Shown here piece after piece: positions 51,561-64,000 of a stretch of DNA of 64,000 nucleotides (the first letter of the stretch is position 1; the number at the start of each line of letters is the position of its first letter). Origin of the DNA: Octopus sinensis (lineage: Eukaryota); NCBI RefSeq assembly GCF_006345805.1, contig NC_043009.1:40300001-40364000 (forward strand), written 5' to 3'. The notes beneath the pieces were generated by a model. It was not told the origin of the DNA. It did not search any database and saw nothing but the letters and a program-made list of their open reading frames with translations. The position numbers and the translations under genes are program-made.

Positions 51561-52484
51561 TGTTCTTCTTCTTCCTGTTACTTCTCTGGATTAACAGAAA
51601 ATGGTATTTTCATTATTATTTAATTTTTTCTATTCTTTTTAATGCGATGATCTCAAACAATGAAAATATTTGAATGAAAAAAAAAATTGTTATAAGTCTT
51701 TGAAAGTTAATCGAAAATCTGAGATGGTGACTTAAAAAGCCTTTTATTATAAAATTCTTCAAAACAAGACCTGTGAAGCGTAATTTCTTCTTAAAGAAAT
51801 AAACAAAACCATTTTTACTGCCAGAGCAATCTTTAATTAGCACCATCTGTTTTCCTTTTTAATCTCCTTTTAGTGTAATATGTGTGAAATGTGTGTGTGT
51901 GTATGAGTCTGTATGTGTGAACGCTTGTGCATGTGTGTGCGTTTTTCTTCTGTGATGTTTGGTGGTATAAAGTGAAGAGCTACGAGAAAGGCAATGTGCC
52001 GGCAAAGGGGGTAAAGGAAAAAAAAAAAGGACAACTAAAAAGCAGGGGAGGATCTTTTACTTTACATGAGAAGTACAACTGCTGCTGCGTGTCTCGAAAG
52101 CACATCAGTATCGTCCTAATTGGATGGAAACATAATATTATGCAGGGCACGTTTAGTGACATGATAGCAGCTCTCACATCACAGGAGTACAAGAAGTAGA
52201 ACGGGATGTGGGGGATGCAGGTTCTCACAAGGTAGAGAGAAAGAGACAAAGACATAACGATAGAGAGAGAGAGAGAGAGAGAGGGGGAGAGTATGTATGT
52301 GGGAGTAGGGAGAGAGAGAGAGATATGTTGGCTGGAAATGCATGTAAGATAACGCTTCGGTATTTCATTAATATACTTTGCGAACATCATGAAGAAAGTA
52401 TGAGCTTCCTTCCATAAAGAACGGAACAACTTCAGCAGAATTCTAGAATTCTTTTTCCCCTTCTTAATAGTGTTAAATACTGCT

Positions 52485-52960
<476 letters not shown>

Positions 52961-53114
52961 TGTGTGTGCGTGTTCTTATATCTTTGTATCACAAAAATAG
53001 AAAGCAAAAAAAGAGACACTTTAGCTATCACACTGTTCATCAATTTCCGTGTTTGTTTATTTAAAAGGAAATGATTAAATGTCTCAACATGTTATGTTAT
53101 AAACTGTAAAATAT

Positions 53115-53157
<43 letters not shown>

Positions 53158-53448
53158 ATATATGTTTCTGTGTGTGTGTGCGTGTGTATACATATGTATA
53201 TATACATACATCTATATATAATGTATGTGTGTATGTGAAGAAAAGCAAAAGTGCGCGAGTTCTGAATTTAAGAATGGAAATTGTAAAAACAAAATGAATT
53301 TAGTTGGCTGCACCTCTTCTAAACAGACAGAAATTCTGAAATGAAGTCAATGTTTATTGGTGAGATCTTCCCAACTGATAATGACATTAGTTTTCTTTTT
53401 ATTCCTATAAGGAAATATTCCTGTTATGTCTAGGATATTTCTAGTACG

Positions 53449-53489
<41 letters not shown>

Positions 53490-53577
53490 GTACACACACA
53501 CACACATATAGATCATAATACAATTAAACTACCTTAGGAAGTGAGTGATCATCGGTAACCATCAATGATACTACTAA

Positions 53578-53963
53578 CTCTTTGACTCTTTTACTTGTTT
53601 CAGTCATTTGACTGCGGCCATGCTGGAGCACCGCCTTTAGTCGAGCAAATCGACCCCGGGACTTATTCTTTGTAAGCTCAGTACTTATTCTATCGGTCTC
53701 TTTTGCCGAACCGCTAAGTGACGGGGACGTAAACACACTAGCATCGGTTGTCAAGCAATGCTAGGGGGACAAACGCAGACGCACAAACACGTACACACAC
53801 ATATTATATATATATATATATATACGACGGGAATCTTTCAGTTTCCGTCTAACAAATCCACTCACAAGGCATTGGTCGGCCCGGGGCTATAGCAGAAGAC
53901 ACTTGCCCAAGGTGCCACGCAGTGGGACTGAACCCGGAACCATGTGGCTGGTTAGCAAGCTAC
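53578..53963 (-). mobile_element. SINE family A, full length
   Basis: Closely similar to the 6618-7024 copy. Confidence 0.92.
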
Positions 53964-54004
53964 TAACCACACAGCCACTCCTGACTGTTAATACAATACT
54001 ATAA

Positions 54005-54339
54005 AATTGGTTTCAAATTTTGGTGCAACACCAGCAATTTCGTGGAAGGGGCTAAGTCGATTAGATCGTCTCCGGTGTTCGACTGATGCTTATTTTATTG
54101 ACCCCAAAAGGATGAAAAGCCCACAAGGGGCTACACACAGAGGGGACAAACAAGGACAGACAAACGGATTAAGCCGATCCTGTCGACCCCAGTGCGTAAC
54201 TGTTACTTATTTAATCGACCCCGAAAGGATGAAAGGCAAAGTCGACCTCGGCGGAATTTGAACTCAGAACGTAACGGCAGACGAAATACGGCTACGCATT
54301 TCGCCCAGCGTGCTAATGTTTCTGTCAGCTCGCCGCCTT
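54005..54339 (-). mobile_element. Young family B SINE joined to an older family B fragment
   Basis: Young copy 54120-54339; older tail AAATTTTGGTGCAACACCAGCAA from about 54015. Confidence 0.85.
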
Positions 54340-54558
54340 AAAGTATAATATTATATATATCATTTTATAATCGTTATCAGTACGCTTATGATGATATACC
54401 GAACCTGTCTATATTTGCAACTGTGTATGTACGTGTCTGTGTATACAAACATATATACATACATGCATACATACATACAGACTTATATACATATATACAT
54501 ACATACATACATATATACATACATACATACATATATACATACATAACATATATAATAC

Positions 54559-54591
<33 letters not shown>

Positions 54592-54636
54592 ATATTATAC
54601 ATATATATATATATATTATATATATATATATATATA

Positions 54637-54685
<49 letters not shown>

Positions 54686-55946
54686 TATATATACATACAT
54701 ATATGTGTGTGTGTGCATGTGTGTATGTGTTTTACTGCATCCCTGGGGGAGATGTTAACATATGTATTTGTCATCTAATTGGCCTATTTAATTAACAGTG
54801 GCCTTGTTTGAAAACATGATTAACGTTGTCGTCATCGTCGTCATCGTTTCGTCGTCATGTTTTTCTTCCCATCTTTATTGTCTTTGTCGTCGTCGTCACT
54901 ATCGTTATCCTCAAGGTTTATTATGACAGTCGTCGTCATCTTCATCATCGATATCATTATCGTTGTTGTTGTTCTACTTTTTCCTCCTCCTCCTCCTCTC
55001 ATCATCAACATCATTTCCGTGTGAGATGGATCAGCCGCGTCTGTCTTGAAGTTCTAACTCACCACCGCCTTTTGCTAACGCATTGCGCGCATTCTTCATT
55101 CTAACTTGTGGTTATGGTGAAGGAATTAGTTCGACACAAAAAGACTCTGAAGACAAAGCTCGTACACTTAGCCGAAGTTCTCATCAGTTTCCTCAAGAAC
55201 TCGTCGTAGATAATAATGAAAAATAAAGTGGTGAAAAGAATAGTAGAGAAAAAGACAGAATTGCTGCCTTCTTGAAAATTTGATACACGTTGAGTGAGAA
55301 TAGTGAAACTGGCGTAGTTAAAGGCGGCTTCTACACTATGCAGCTGTATGATGGTGGTAAAGTCTGAGAGAAGTCAATTGTCTTTGCAATTCAGAAGCTA
55401 AGAATGTGAATGGCGTTATCCCGAATCATTGTTTGCGGCTGTTATTAACCAGTTTTAAGAACTGTTTCTTATTCTTATTTCGTTCCTCGAATTATTCTTT
55501 CATCTTCTATATTTTATCATGTTTCATTCATTGAACTGCAGCAATACTGAGGCACCGCATTGAGCTAATCGAGTCTAATACTTATTTATTTAGTCTAGTG
55601 CATATCTTGTCGTTCTCTTTTGACGAGCCACTTGGTAAGGGGATGTAAACAAACCAGCACGGTTGTCAAGCGGGACGAAGACACAGACACTCACGTATTT
55701 ACATACAAGCGATGGGTTTTCCACACTGTTTCTGTCTACCGAATTGTTATATCGTACGTTCGGATGACCTCTACGCAACTCCTCGACGTCTAGACTTCTC
55801 CCTCTATATCTACGTATTGGGCTAGCCTACTCCATCGTCTGGGGGCATCGACACGACACCTCCCTCTTTCTGAGTTTTTTAAACCCGAATTTATCAATAA
55901 TATTTCCTCGGTGAGAAACTGGCATATCTTTTTCTCTTAACTTTAA

Positions 55947-56330
55947 CTAGCAGTATCGCCCGGCGTTGCTCGGGTTTGTAAGGGAAATAACTATAAAGCA
56001 TTTTTAGAGAGTTATAGCCAAAAAGTAGCAAAAAAATGGAAAAAAAATTATGGTAAATTTTTTTTGAGAGTTAAAAAGGTCGAGTTGCGTCCCCTAGACA
56101 GTCTGTGGTTTGTGTTTCTGATTCTCGACCCCATATCGAATTTATCGATTTTTTTCAGAACTGGGGGAACTTTTCAAACTTTTCGCTGCGTTAGTTTTGA
56201 ATTATGACATTGGGCTATGTGTGTGTCAAGTTTCATCAGAATCGGTTGAAAGCCGTGGTCAGGGTGAGGGTACAACCTAACAGACACACAGACACGCAGA
56301 CAGACAAACTGCCGTTTATATATAGAGAGA
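55947..56330 (-). mobile_element. Non-autonomous Helitron
   Basis: On minus it starts A|TC and ends CTAG|T. The hairpin CCCGAGCAACGCCGGG lies just upstream of the terminal CTAG, and a (CTGT)-like microsatellite lies near the 5' end. Confidence 0.8.
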
Positions 56331-56527
56331 TTTCCATCATTTCTGCAGGTTTTCTCTTCCTGTTCGATCTACGTGTCGGTTCCGCTTTTGCTTGTGATTC
56401 TGGAACCTCGTCGCCCACTTACTCAAGGTGCCACGCAACTTGAGTGAACCTGAAAGAACGTGCTTGTAAAGCGTTTTACTTACTTACAGTCGTGACTGAG
56501 AATATTAGCTTTAAATATTACATAAAT

Positions 56528-56838
56528 GTGGAGGCGCAATGGCCTAGTGGTTAGGGCAGCGGACTCGCGGTCGTAAGTTCGCGGCTTCGATTCCCAGACC
56601 GGGTGTTGTGAGTGTTTATTGAGCGAAAACACCTAAAGCTCCACGAGGCTCCGGCAGGAGCTGGTGGCGATCCCTGCAATACTCTTTCGCCACAACTTTC
56701 TCTCACTCTTTCTTCAGTTGGCCTGCTCGCTTAGCCAGCGGGGTGGCGTCATTTGAAAGCTAAAACAATGCGAAGCGCATTGTGACCAGCGATCTGTAGC
56801 AACATCTGATAGCCTGGTCTGTCACGGTGATCACGGTG
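56528..56838 (+). mobile_element. tRNA-derived SINE family C, tail type 1, 13-bp TSD
   Basis: A box TGGCCTAGTGG and B-box-like GCTTCGATTCC. TSD ATATT(A/G)CATAAAT at 56515-56527 and 56839-56851; tail (TCACGGTGA)x2. Confidence 0.88.
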
Positions 56839-57292
56839 ATATTGCATAAATAATTTCCGTCTGCATTATCTCGTCGTTGAAATCTTTTCACTCGATAGAA
56901 AGCAATCACCGTCCCTTATTTATTATTTTCCTTTGCATTTTTACTAATGACTTGCAATCTTGTGGGCCATAAAAGCAAAATTTATTCTAATTGTTTGGGC
57001 GACGGGAAAAATGCATTACGATCGTAGAGTATTTGTTCCGTATCTTTTCGTCATGCTTTTTCCTACGAGATATCTTGTTATATATTTACTTGGCAATTGT
57101 ACTCTTACTTTAGCTCGGTAGTTTCTCTTGTAAATATAATTTAAAGTAATCCCTGTACTTGAGATGGTTTATAATTACTCCGTAATATATATATAATCAT
57201 AACTGATTTAATTCAGCTGATATTTTAATAGTGTCAGAGCTGGATAGAAAATGAAAAGGGCTAAGGAGATTAATTGCAATATACTTATGGAT

Positions 57293-57685
57293 GTTGGAGG
57301 CGCAATGGCTCAGTTGTTAGGGCAGCGGACTCGTGGTCATAGGATCGCGGTTTCGATTCCCAGACCGGGCGTTGTGAGTGTTTATTGAGCGAAAAAACCT
57401 AAAGCTCCACGAGGCTCCGGCAGGGGATAGTGGTGATCCCTGCTGTACTCTTTCACCACAACTTTCTCTCACTCTTACTTCCTGTTTCTGTTGTACCTGT
57501 ATTTCAAAGGGCCGGTCTTGTCACTCTCCGTGTCACGCTGAATATCCCCGAGAACTGCATTAAGAGTACACGTGTCTGTGGAGTGCTCAGCCACTTACAC
57601 GTTAATTTCACGAGCAGGCTGTTCCGTTGATTCGGATCAACCGGAACCCTCGTCGTCGTAACCGACGGAGTGCTTCCATCCATCC
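57293..57685 (+). mobile_element. tRNA-derived SINE family C, tail type 2
   Basis: Same head as the 56528 copy; 3' half matches the 19868 SINE; (CCAT)n tail. Flanked by a ~156-bp direct duplication. Confidence 0.88.
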
Positions 57686-58516
57686 ATAATTTAAAGTTAT
57701 CCCTGTACTTTAGATGGTTTATAATTTACTCCGTAATATATATAATCATAAATGATTTAATTCAGCTGATATTTTAATAGTGTCAGAGCTGGATAGAAAA
57801 TGAAAAGGGCTAAGAAGATTTATTGCAATATACTTATGGATATAAAGCCTGGTTTTAATAATTTCACATGGCTTGGTAGCATTTTAGTATTCTTATTCTT
57901 TCATTTTTATCAACGGTCTTCTCGTATATAATATAAAGGGCAATATTCTCAAAATGTTTGGTGATCATACTCATTTTGTGAATTTACGAATTGATATTAT
58001 TTAAAATCATGTAAATTTAAAATCTTGTTGTTAACTTCTCTTTCCTACCCACGCGCGAATAACATACAATTACAAATTTATTTATTTCACATTTTCATGC
58101 AGATGTGAAATTTACTAAGATATTAAGATATGCTGCAAACATAAAAGGAAAAAAAAATACAATAAAAAATGTGTGTGGCGTCACTGATCTCTGTCTTGCC
58201 ATTAGCACCATCTGTTGGTTAATTATCTTGTCAGAACAGAATGACGATGTCCTGATTGACTTGATATCAACACGGTACCAAGCATAAAAAAATGTCATAT
58301 GAGATTCTAGAAGTGAACAAATGCTTAAAATTAAGTCGGAGACGGGATTTTTAATCTGCACGTGTTCTGATGCTGAAGGTAAGATTACATGACTGCTATC
58401 ATAGCAGTCAATAATTGCAATTATTAATATTTCATGCACATTGATGCTATGCCTCAGCGTCTGACACAGTGTCATATATATATATATGTCATATATATAC
58501 ATATATATATATATAA

Positions 58517-58600
<84 letters not shown>

Positions 58601-58601
<1 letters not shown>

Positions 58602-58755
58602 GGCGTAGGAGTGGCTGTATGGTAAGTGGCTTGCTTACCAACCACATGGTTCCGGGTTCAGTTCCACTGCGTGGCACCGTGTCTTCTACTATAGCCTCGG
58701 GCCGACCAAAGCCATGTGAGTGGATTTGGTGGATGGAAACTGAAAGGAGCCTGTC

Positions 58756-58796
<41 letters not shown>

Positions 58797-58992
58797 GTGT
58801 GTGTGTGTGTGTGTATGTTTGTATGTCTATGTTTGTCCCCCCAACATCACTTGACAACCGATGCTGGTGCGTTTACGTCCCCGTAACTTAGCAGTTCAGC
58901 AAAAGAGACCGATAGAATAAGTACTAGGCTTACAAAGTATAAGTCCCGAGGCCGTCTTGCTCGACTAAATGACTGAAACAAGTAAGGAGATT
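58601..58992 (+). mobile_element. SINE family A
   Basis: Head, TA/TG centre and tail are present, with small internal deletions. Confidence 0.9.
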
Positions 58993-61900
58993 AAAGAGAG
59001 AATATATTCTGTTTTAGAGTGTAAAGAGGGAATAAAGGCGAGCTTGACCATAACTTTCTATAAAGATAAAGAATTAGAAAAAATAAATAATAATTTGATA
59101 TTTTGAGTATCATAATATTACAATCTTCACAACCAGATGCACAAATTGAACTCGGCTCGTCATTAGCTAATGACACAATAGTGTGTGGAAAAATCAGCCA
59201 CAGAGCCTCCATCAGGTGGTGCAAGTATGAGAATTAAAACAACGAAGATGCAGTTTATAAAATGAAATACCTGGATATATTCCAACCAGTCGCAAGGAAA
59301 GAATTTCGGGGAAAAAAACTAAGATATAAACAGTTCATTGAATACGAGAGCAGTAAGATACGAAACTTTTCACAGTTGAAGAAACGGCCATATCTTATAT
59401 TGTTTACTTGTTTCAGTAACTGGACTGCGGCCATACTGGAGCAATGCATTGAACTATTTAGTTGAACAAATATACCTCAACTGTAATATTTTTAAAGTCT
59501 TGCCTCTTTTACCGAAAAAACTAATTTAAGGGAACGTTCAAAAACAAATGCTGAGTGTAAAGCGGTGGAGTTGGCGGAACAAAAACGATCACAAATACAT
59601 AGATGTTTATATCTAAGACTAGGTTTCACACAGTTTCCGTTTACCACATTAACTCACAAGGCATTGGTATACCCAGATCTATAGCAGAAGAGATTTTGCC
59701 CAAGGTACCTCGCTTCGGTTATTGAACATGAAGCGGTGGAGTTGGCGGAACAAAAACGATCACAAATACATAAACGATCACAAATACCTCGCTTCGGTAA
59801 CTGAACATGAAACGACATGGTTGAAAATTGAGTTTCTTAACGACAAACCACGCCTTCACTTCTACACAGTCATGTCTACGCTCAGAAAAGGAACAAAATA
59901 TCGAAAAGAATGTGTTGTAAACCACTTCCGAAGTAACGTTTTTAGTGACATCATCATTCAGAACTTCCTGCCACAAATAGCATTTACATCTCTCCATTTT
60001 CTTGCGTGTTTTATTGGAGCCAATCGATAGCCGATAGTTTGACAACTACTTTAGCTTCATAAAAGATAGGTCAAGCTGTTTCCTCTGTCGCAGCCTTTTT
60101 CATTCGTCAGGTGTCAATGATGAGAAAGGTGTTTTATCTCTGTCTTCATATCTTTCAAAGGAGTAGAGATAGATAGATAGATAGATAGATAGAAACATAC
60201 ATACATACATAGTCTGTTGATAGGCATACAAAGAGAGAAAGCCAGAGAGAGGGAGACCCAGAGAGAGAGTGAGAGAAACCAAGCTAAAGGCTTTTGATTG
60301 ATGTAGACACTTTGCGACAAAATTGGTTTGCAGCAGATGTTTTGTTTTCGCTGAATAATTTTCAAAACAGGCTTCAGCTTGACAGAATTAAAATTGAAGT
60401 CCTGACACCAGAAATTTGTGTCTTTATTAATAAGCTTAAGCGCATTTTAAAGAATCCACAAATGGTAGGTCGACAAGAAGCATTGCCTTCTGAACTTGAT
60501 GAAATAGAGAAAGCTCTGAAAATGTGTCGATGAGAATGAAAGACAAAGGAGGGATGCCAGAAGAAATCAGTTTCTTCCTGGTCGTAGAAGTTCCAATATT
60601 TCTGTAATGAATTTGTGTCCTTGAAAACTTCATGTTCAATAGGTTTGAATTTGTTATATCTGACAAACAGTATGACTGTCGCCTACGAGCTGACGACAAT
60701 TAATGAGGACGTTTGTAAAATCCATGAAGATGGTGCTAGCATAAATTGATAGGAATGGCAGATCAATATGAAAAGAAAAAAACATATCAAAAATAATGAG
60801 TAATGAGAAGTTATGCAATATATTCTACAAATTATATGGAGAGACGATCGATTTCTGGATGATAAAAGAACTTGAAAAGAATTCTTGTATGAATCTTAAC
60901 AATCACCCCAGAATTGGTAACATTGTCAATTCCAAGGACTTCCCAGTTGATGTAGCTTTTATCGTGTGGCCTAATTCCTTAATAGTTATTTGGGTCCATC
61001 TTTGCCATGATATTCCAAATTTGTTTTCCTTTTCCTCATTTTCATTATTTGTGACTTTCATTTTCCATTTAATATTCTTGCTTCATCTTTATCTGAGCCC
61101 ACCTGAACATACCTCAATCCACCTGATTCAACCTCACATCACCTGACCCTATATCACTCCACATGTCCCAACTCTGTACACACGAGCTTCTTCTGACGTT
61201 GTGATGCCAACCATTATTAAGTTCACGTTTTCTATTCTTTCTCTTCCTGTAAAAGGTTTTTGGTATGTTTGATAGCAAACTGTACCCGTTCGTGATACGA
61301 TTCTCTCAAACCTTTTCTTTTATTTTCAAGATGACTTCCTTTTTGCATCTTTTATTTTCTGATTATTAGGGATTATTTCTCTTCATATTGAACCAAATTT
61401 TATCATTTACTTTTTACACTCCAATCTTATGTCGTATATTTCCTTTGCACTGTAAATACACGACTACACATGTTTTGTTTAAAATGGTAATCTAGCTATT
61501 TGCTGCATTATCTATTTATGATTTCACAATAATGCTTATATATGACATGATATGTTTCATATACCTAACTAGTTACAGTTTGTTGGGGTTTTTTTTTCAT
61601 GTAGTGAACTTTGGCTAATCTTATTATCATATCTATTTATTTATTCAAAAGGCATTTTTTTTTATTAATCTTACAACACACGATAACAGAGAAAGCTGGA
61701 GTTTACAAAAAACATATTCTATTTATTAGTATTTCGACCTTTGATTTTTTCTTAACTTTTTCGATGATATGCTCCTGCCGGGCTAGAGAGAACATTCTAT
61801 TTTCTCACTAATTTATCAATTTTTGCTTTTATTGATTTGGCACTGTGTACAACTATCTTTTGGAATTATTATATTCTTTGAGTTACTGTTTCAAGTGCAA

Positions 61901-62362
61901 GTTTACATCACTTCTATTTTCTATGACCTCTATTATTTTCAATCCAGCTCTCCCTTTATCCCCCCCTCTCTCTCTCTCTCTCTGTATATATGTATGTATC
62001 GCTCGGATATCTACTACTTCCGAAGTTCTGCTCGCTATGAAACATATGTAGCCTGGATATTATCTACTCCATTGCTTAACTCTTGTATTTTATTCACATA
62101 CTTGACAACTCTGGCTACCTACCGTGAAATATAAACTAATTTTTTGTCCGTTTATACTTCGATACGGAAAGAATCGACAATCTTCCGACTCAATAAACCA
62201 CTACTGTTCTTGAAAGTTGTTTTTATATTTTCTACGGTTTGCTTGAAGCTCACCTTCTTCTAACACCTCGATTCTTGGATCTTACCTATATATGTATGCA
62301 TGTATGTATGTATGTATGTATGTATGTATGTATGTATGTATGTATGTATGTATATATGTATG

Positions 62363-62412
<50 letters not shown>

Positions 62413-62417
<5 letters not shown>

Positions 62418-62812
62418 TCTTTTTCTTTTATTAGTTTCAGACATTTGACTGCGGCCATGCTGGGGCATCACCTTAAAGGGCTTTAGTCGAACAAATCGAA
62501 CCAGGACTTATTTTTCGTAAGTCTATCGGGCTCCTTTGCCGAGCCGCTAAATTACGGGGACATAAACACACCAGCATCGGTTGTCAAGTAATGGCAGTGG
62601 GAGGGACAAACACAGACACATACATAAATGCATACACACACACACATACACTCACACACACATATATATGTATTTATGACGGCTTCTTTCAGTTTCTGTC
62701 CACCAAATCCACTCACAAAGTTTCGGTCGGGCCGAGGCTATAGTAAAGGCACTTGCCCAAGTTGTCACACATATGCTTGAGAAGCACGCTTCTTACCACT
62801 CAGCCACGCCTG
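62413..62812 (-). mobile_element. SINE family A, diverged
   Basis: TTGACTGCGGCCATGCTGG...CTTTCAGTTTCTGTCCACCAAATCCACTCAC...ACTCAGCCAC. Confidence 0.85.
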
Positions 62813-62834
62813 CACACATATAGCCACGTCTGCG

Positions 62835-62914
<80 letters not shown>

Positions 62915-62959
62915 AGTGTGTGTGTGTGTGTGTATGTGTGTGTGAGTGTGTGTGTAGTG

Positions 62960-63080
62960 AGAATTTACAAAAAAAAGACGATGACGGGTGTGTAAACAAC
63001 AAGCAGATGTTTTAGTTTAACGCTCGGGAAGTTGGAAAGTCTTTTATGTTTCGAGCTTACGCTCTTCGACAGAAAGGAAT
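62960..63080 (-). repeat. Interspersed repeat with hammerhead-like motif, copy 2
   Basis: Minus strand reads CUUU-CUGUCGAA-GAGC-GUAA-GCUC-GAAAC-AUA^AAAG; homologous to 18555-18690. Confidence 0.62.
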
Positions 63081-63228
63081 ACAAAAATAAAACAGGGAAA
63101 GAAAATAGAAGTTTTAGTGGTTAATGATCTAACATGGCGAATCTTTGAGTTACTGTTTTAGTTGCAAGTTTATAACACCGCTATTTTCTATGAACTCTAT
63201 TATTTTCAATCCAGCTGTCTCTATATAT

Positions 63229-63745
63229 AAAATGGAGAAAACTTTCGATCAACAAACCAACAAATTGAACCACCTCGGTTGATTACAAAACATGAGATAA
63301 CATTCCTTACGACCGTTTCCGCTTCCAATGTTGGTCGGTGCTAACGAAAAAATTCCAAAAATAATATTCATCTTCATAGCAAATTCGATTTAATACATGG
63401 AGCTTCAACCGAGTGAATACAAATGCGTAAAATAAAATAAACGAAAGGAAGACGGAAGAAGAAAGAACAGGGCCCCGACAAGAGGCCAGAAGGCTCAATA
63501 TATTAAAATCATACCATCTTGCAGCGTGGAGCTTAAAGTCGATAGGCAATGACGGAGCTCCATGTATTAGATCGAATGTGCTACGAAGATGACGAATATT
63601 ATTTTCGGAATTTCTTTCAGATACACCGGTTAACATTGGAAGCAGAAACGGCTGTAAGAAATGTTATGCCATGTTTCCATTTAATAAATGATCCAACGAT
63701 GTGGTTCAGTTTGTTGGTTTGTTGATCAAAGGTTTTCTCCATTTT
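63229..63745. mobile_element. Old fold-back/MITE element with ~175-190-bp inverted arms
   Basis: 63229-63404 pairs with 63556-63745 at roughly 80% identity; ~150-bp spacer. Confidence 0.85.
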
Positions 63746-64000
63746 CTGCTTATTTAAATTTGATTCCTAATAAAGTTTTGTTTATTCAGTTATTACCTGT
63801 GCCCTATGAGTATAGTGTGCCTGCATACCCATGCCTAGGGAAAGCACAGGTAATAAATACGGATACTATTATCCCGTAGACAGTTACTACAGCCGCTAAC
63901 TCTGCTTACCTTTATATATGTATGTGTGTGTGTGTGAGTGTGTGTGTGTGTGTGTGTGTATGTGTGTGTGTGTGTGTGTGTATATTTCTAGCTCAATAGT

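Noticed and set aside
56531-56602. Possible tRNA gene
   Set aside because: A and B boxes are present, but the acceptor stem does not close and the sequence continues into a SINE body with a TSD.
58103-58378. Possible exon (CAG|ATG...GAAG|GTAAG) encoding MLKIKSETGFLICTCSDAE
   Set aside because: Good splice signals, but only 19 codons, no homology and no partner exon; not supportable without RNA data.
60074-60116. Minus-strand CUGACGA...GAAACAGCU
   Set aside because: Stem II does not close on the core and no NUH/stem I follows.
60294-61146. Several 79-116 aa ORFs in unique-looking sequence
   Set aside because: Bounded by stops, on both strands, with no recognisable motif.

Overview
AT-rich, repeat-saturated eukaryotic DNA. 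The SINE families and the density of (TA)n/(TG)n/(TACA)n/(TAA)n repeats resemble an octopus genome; this is my recognition, not a database result. I find no complete protein-coding gene, true tRNA/rRNA gene or CRISPR array, and most ORF-track entries are microsatellite read-throughs. The window holds decayed Tc1/mariner elements (two with both TIRs), fragments of CR1, RTE and R4/Dong-type LINEs, several tRNA-derived SINE families, a non-autonomous Helitron and fold-back/MITE elements. The most notable locus is a Penelope-like retroelement at 34.4-35.7 kb. It has a truncated GIY-YIG ORF, a minimal type I hammerhead ribozyme motif in its 3' region, an inverted 5' copy of that region lacking the ribozyme, and an abutting hairpin. 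Two more loci share a hammerhead-like motif with a variant core. Other oddities are three R4/Dong-like LINE ends in one (TAA)n cluster, a 17x31-bp minisatellite grown inside a SINE head, a ~156-bp duplication flanking a SINE and several long hairpins. Coordinates were read by eye, so boundaries of degenerate repeats are approximate.
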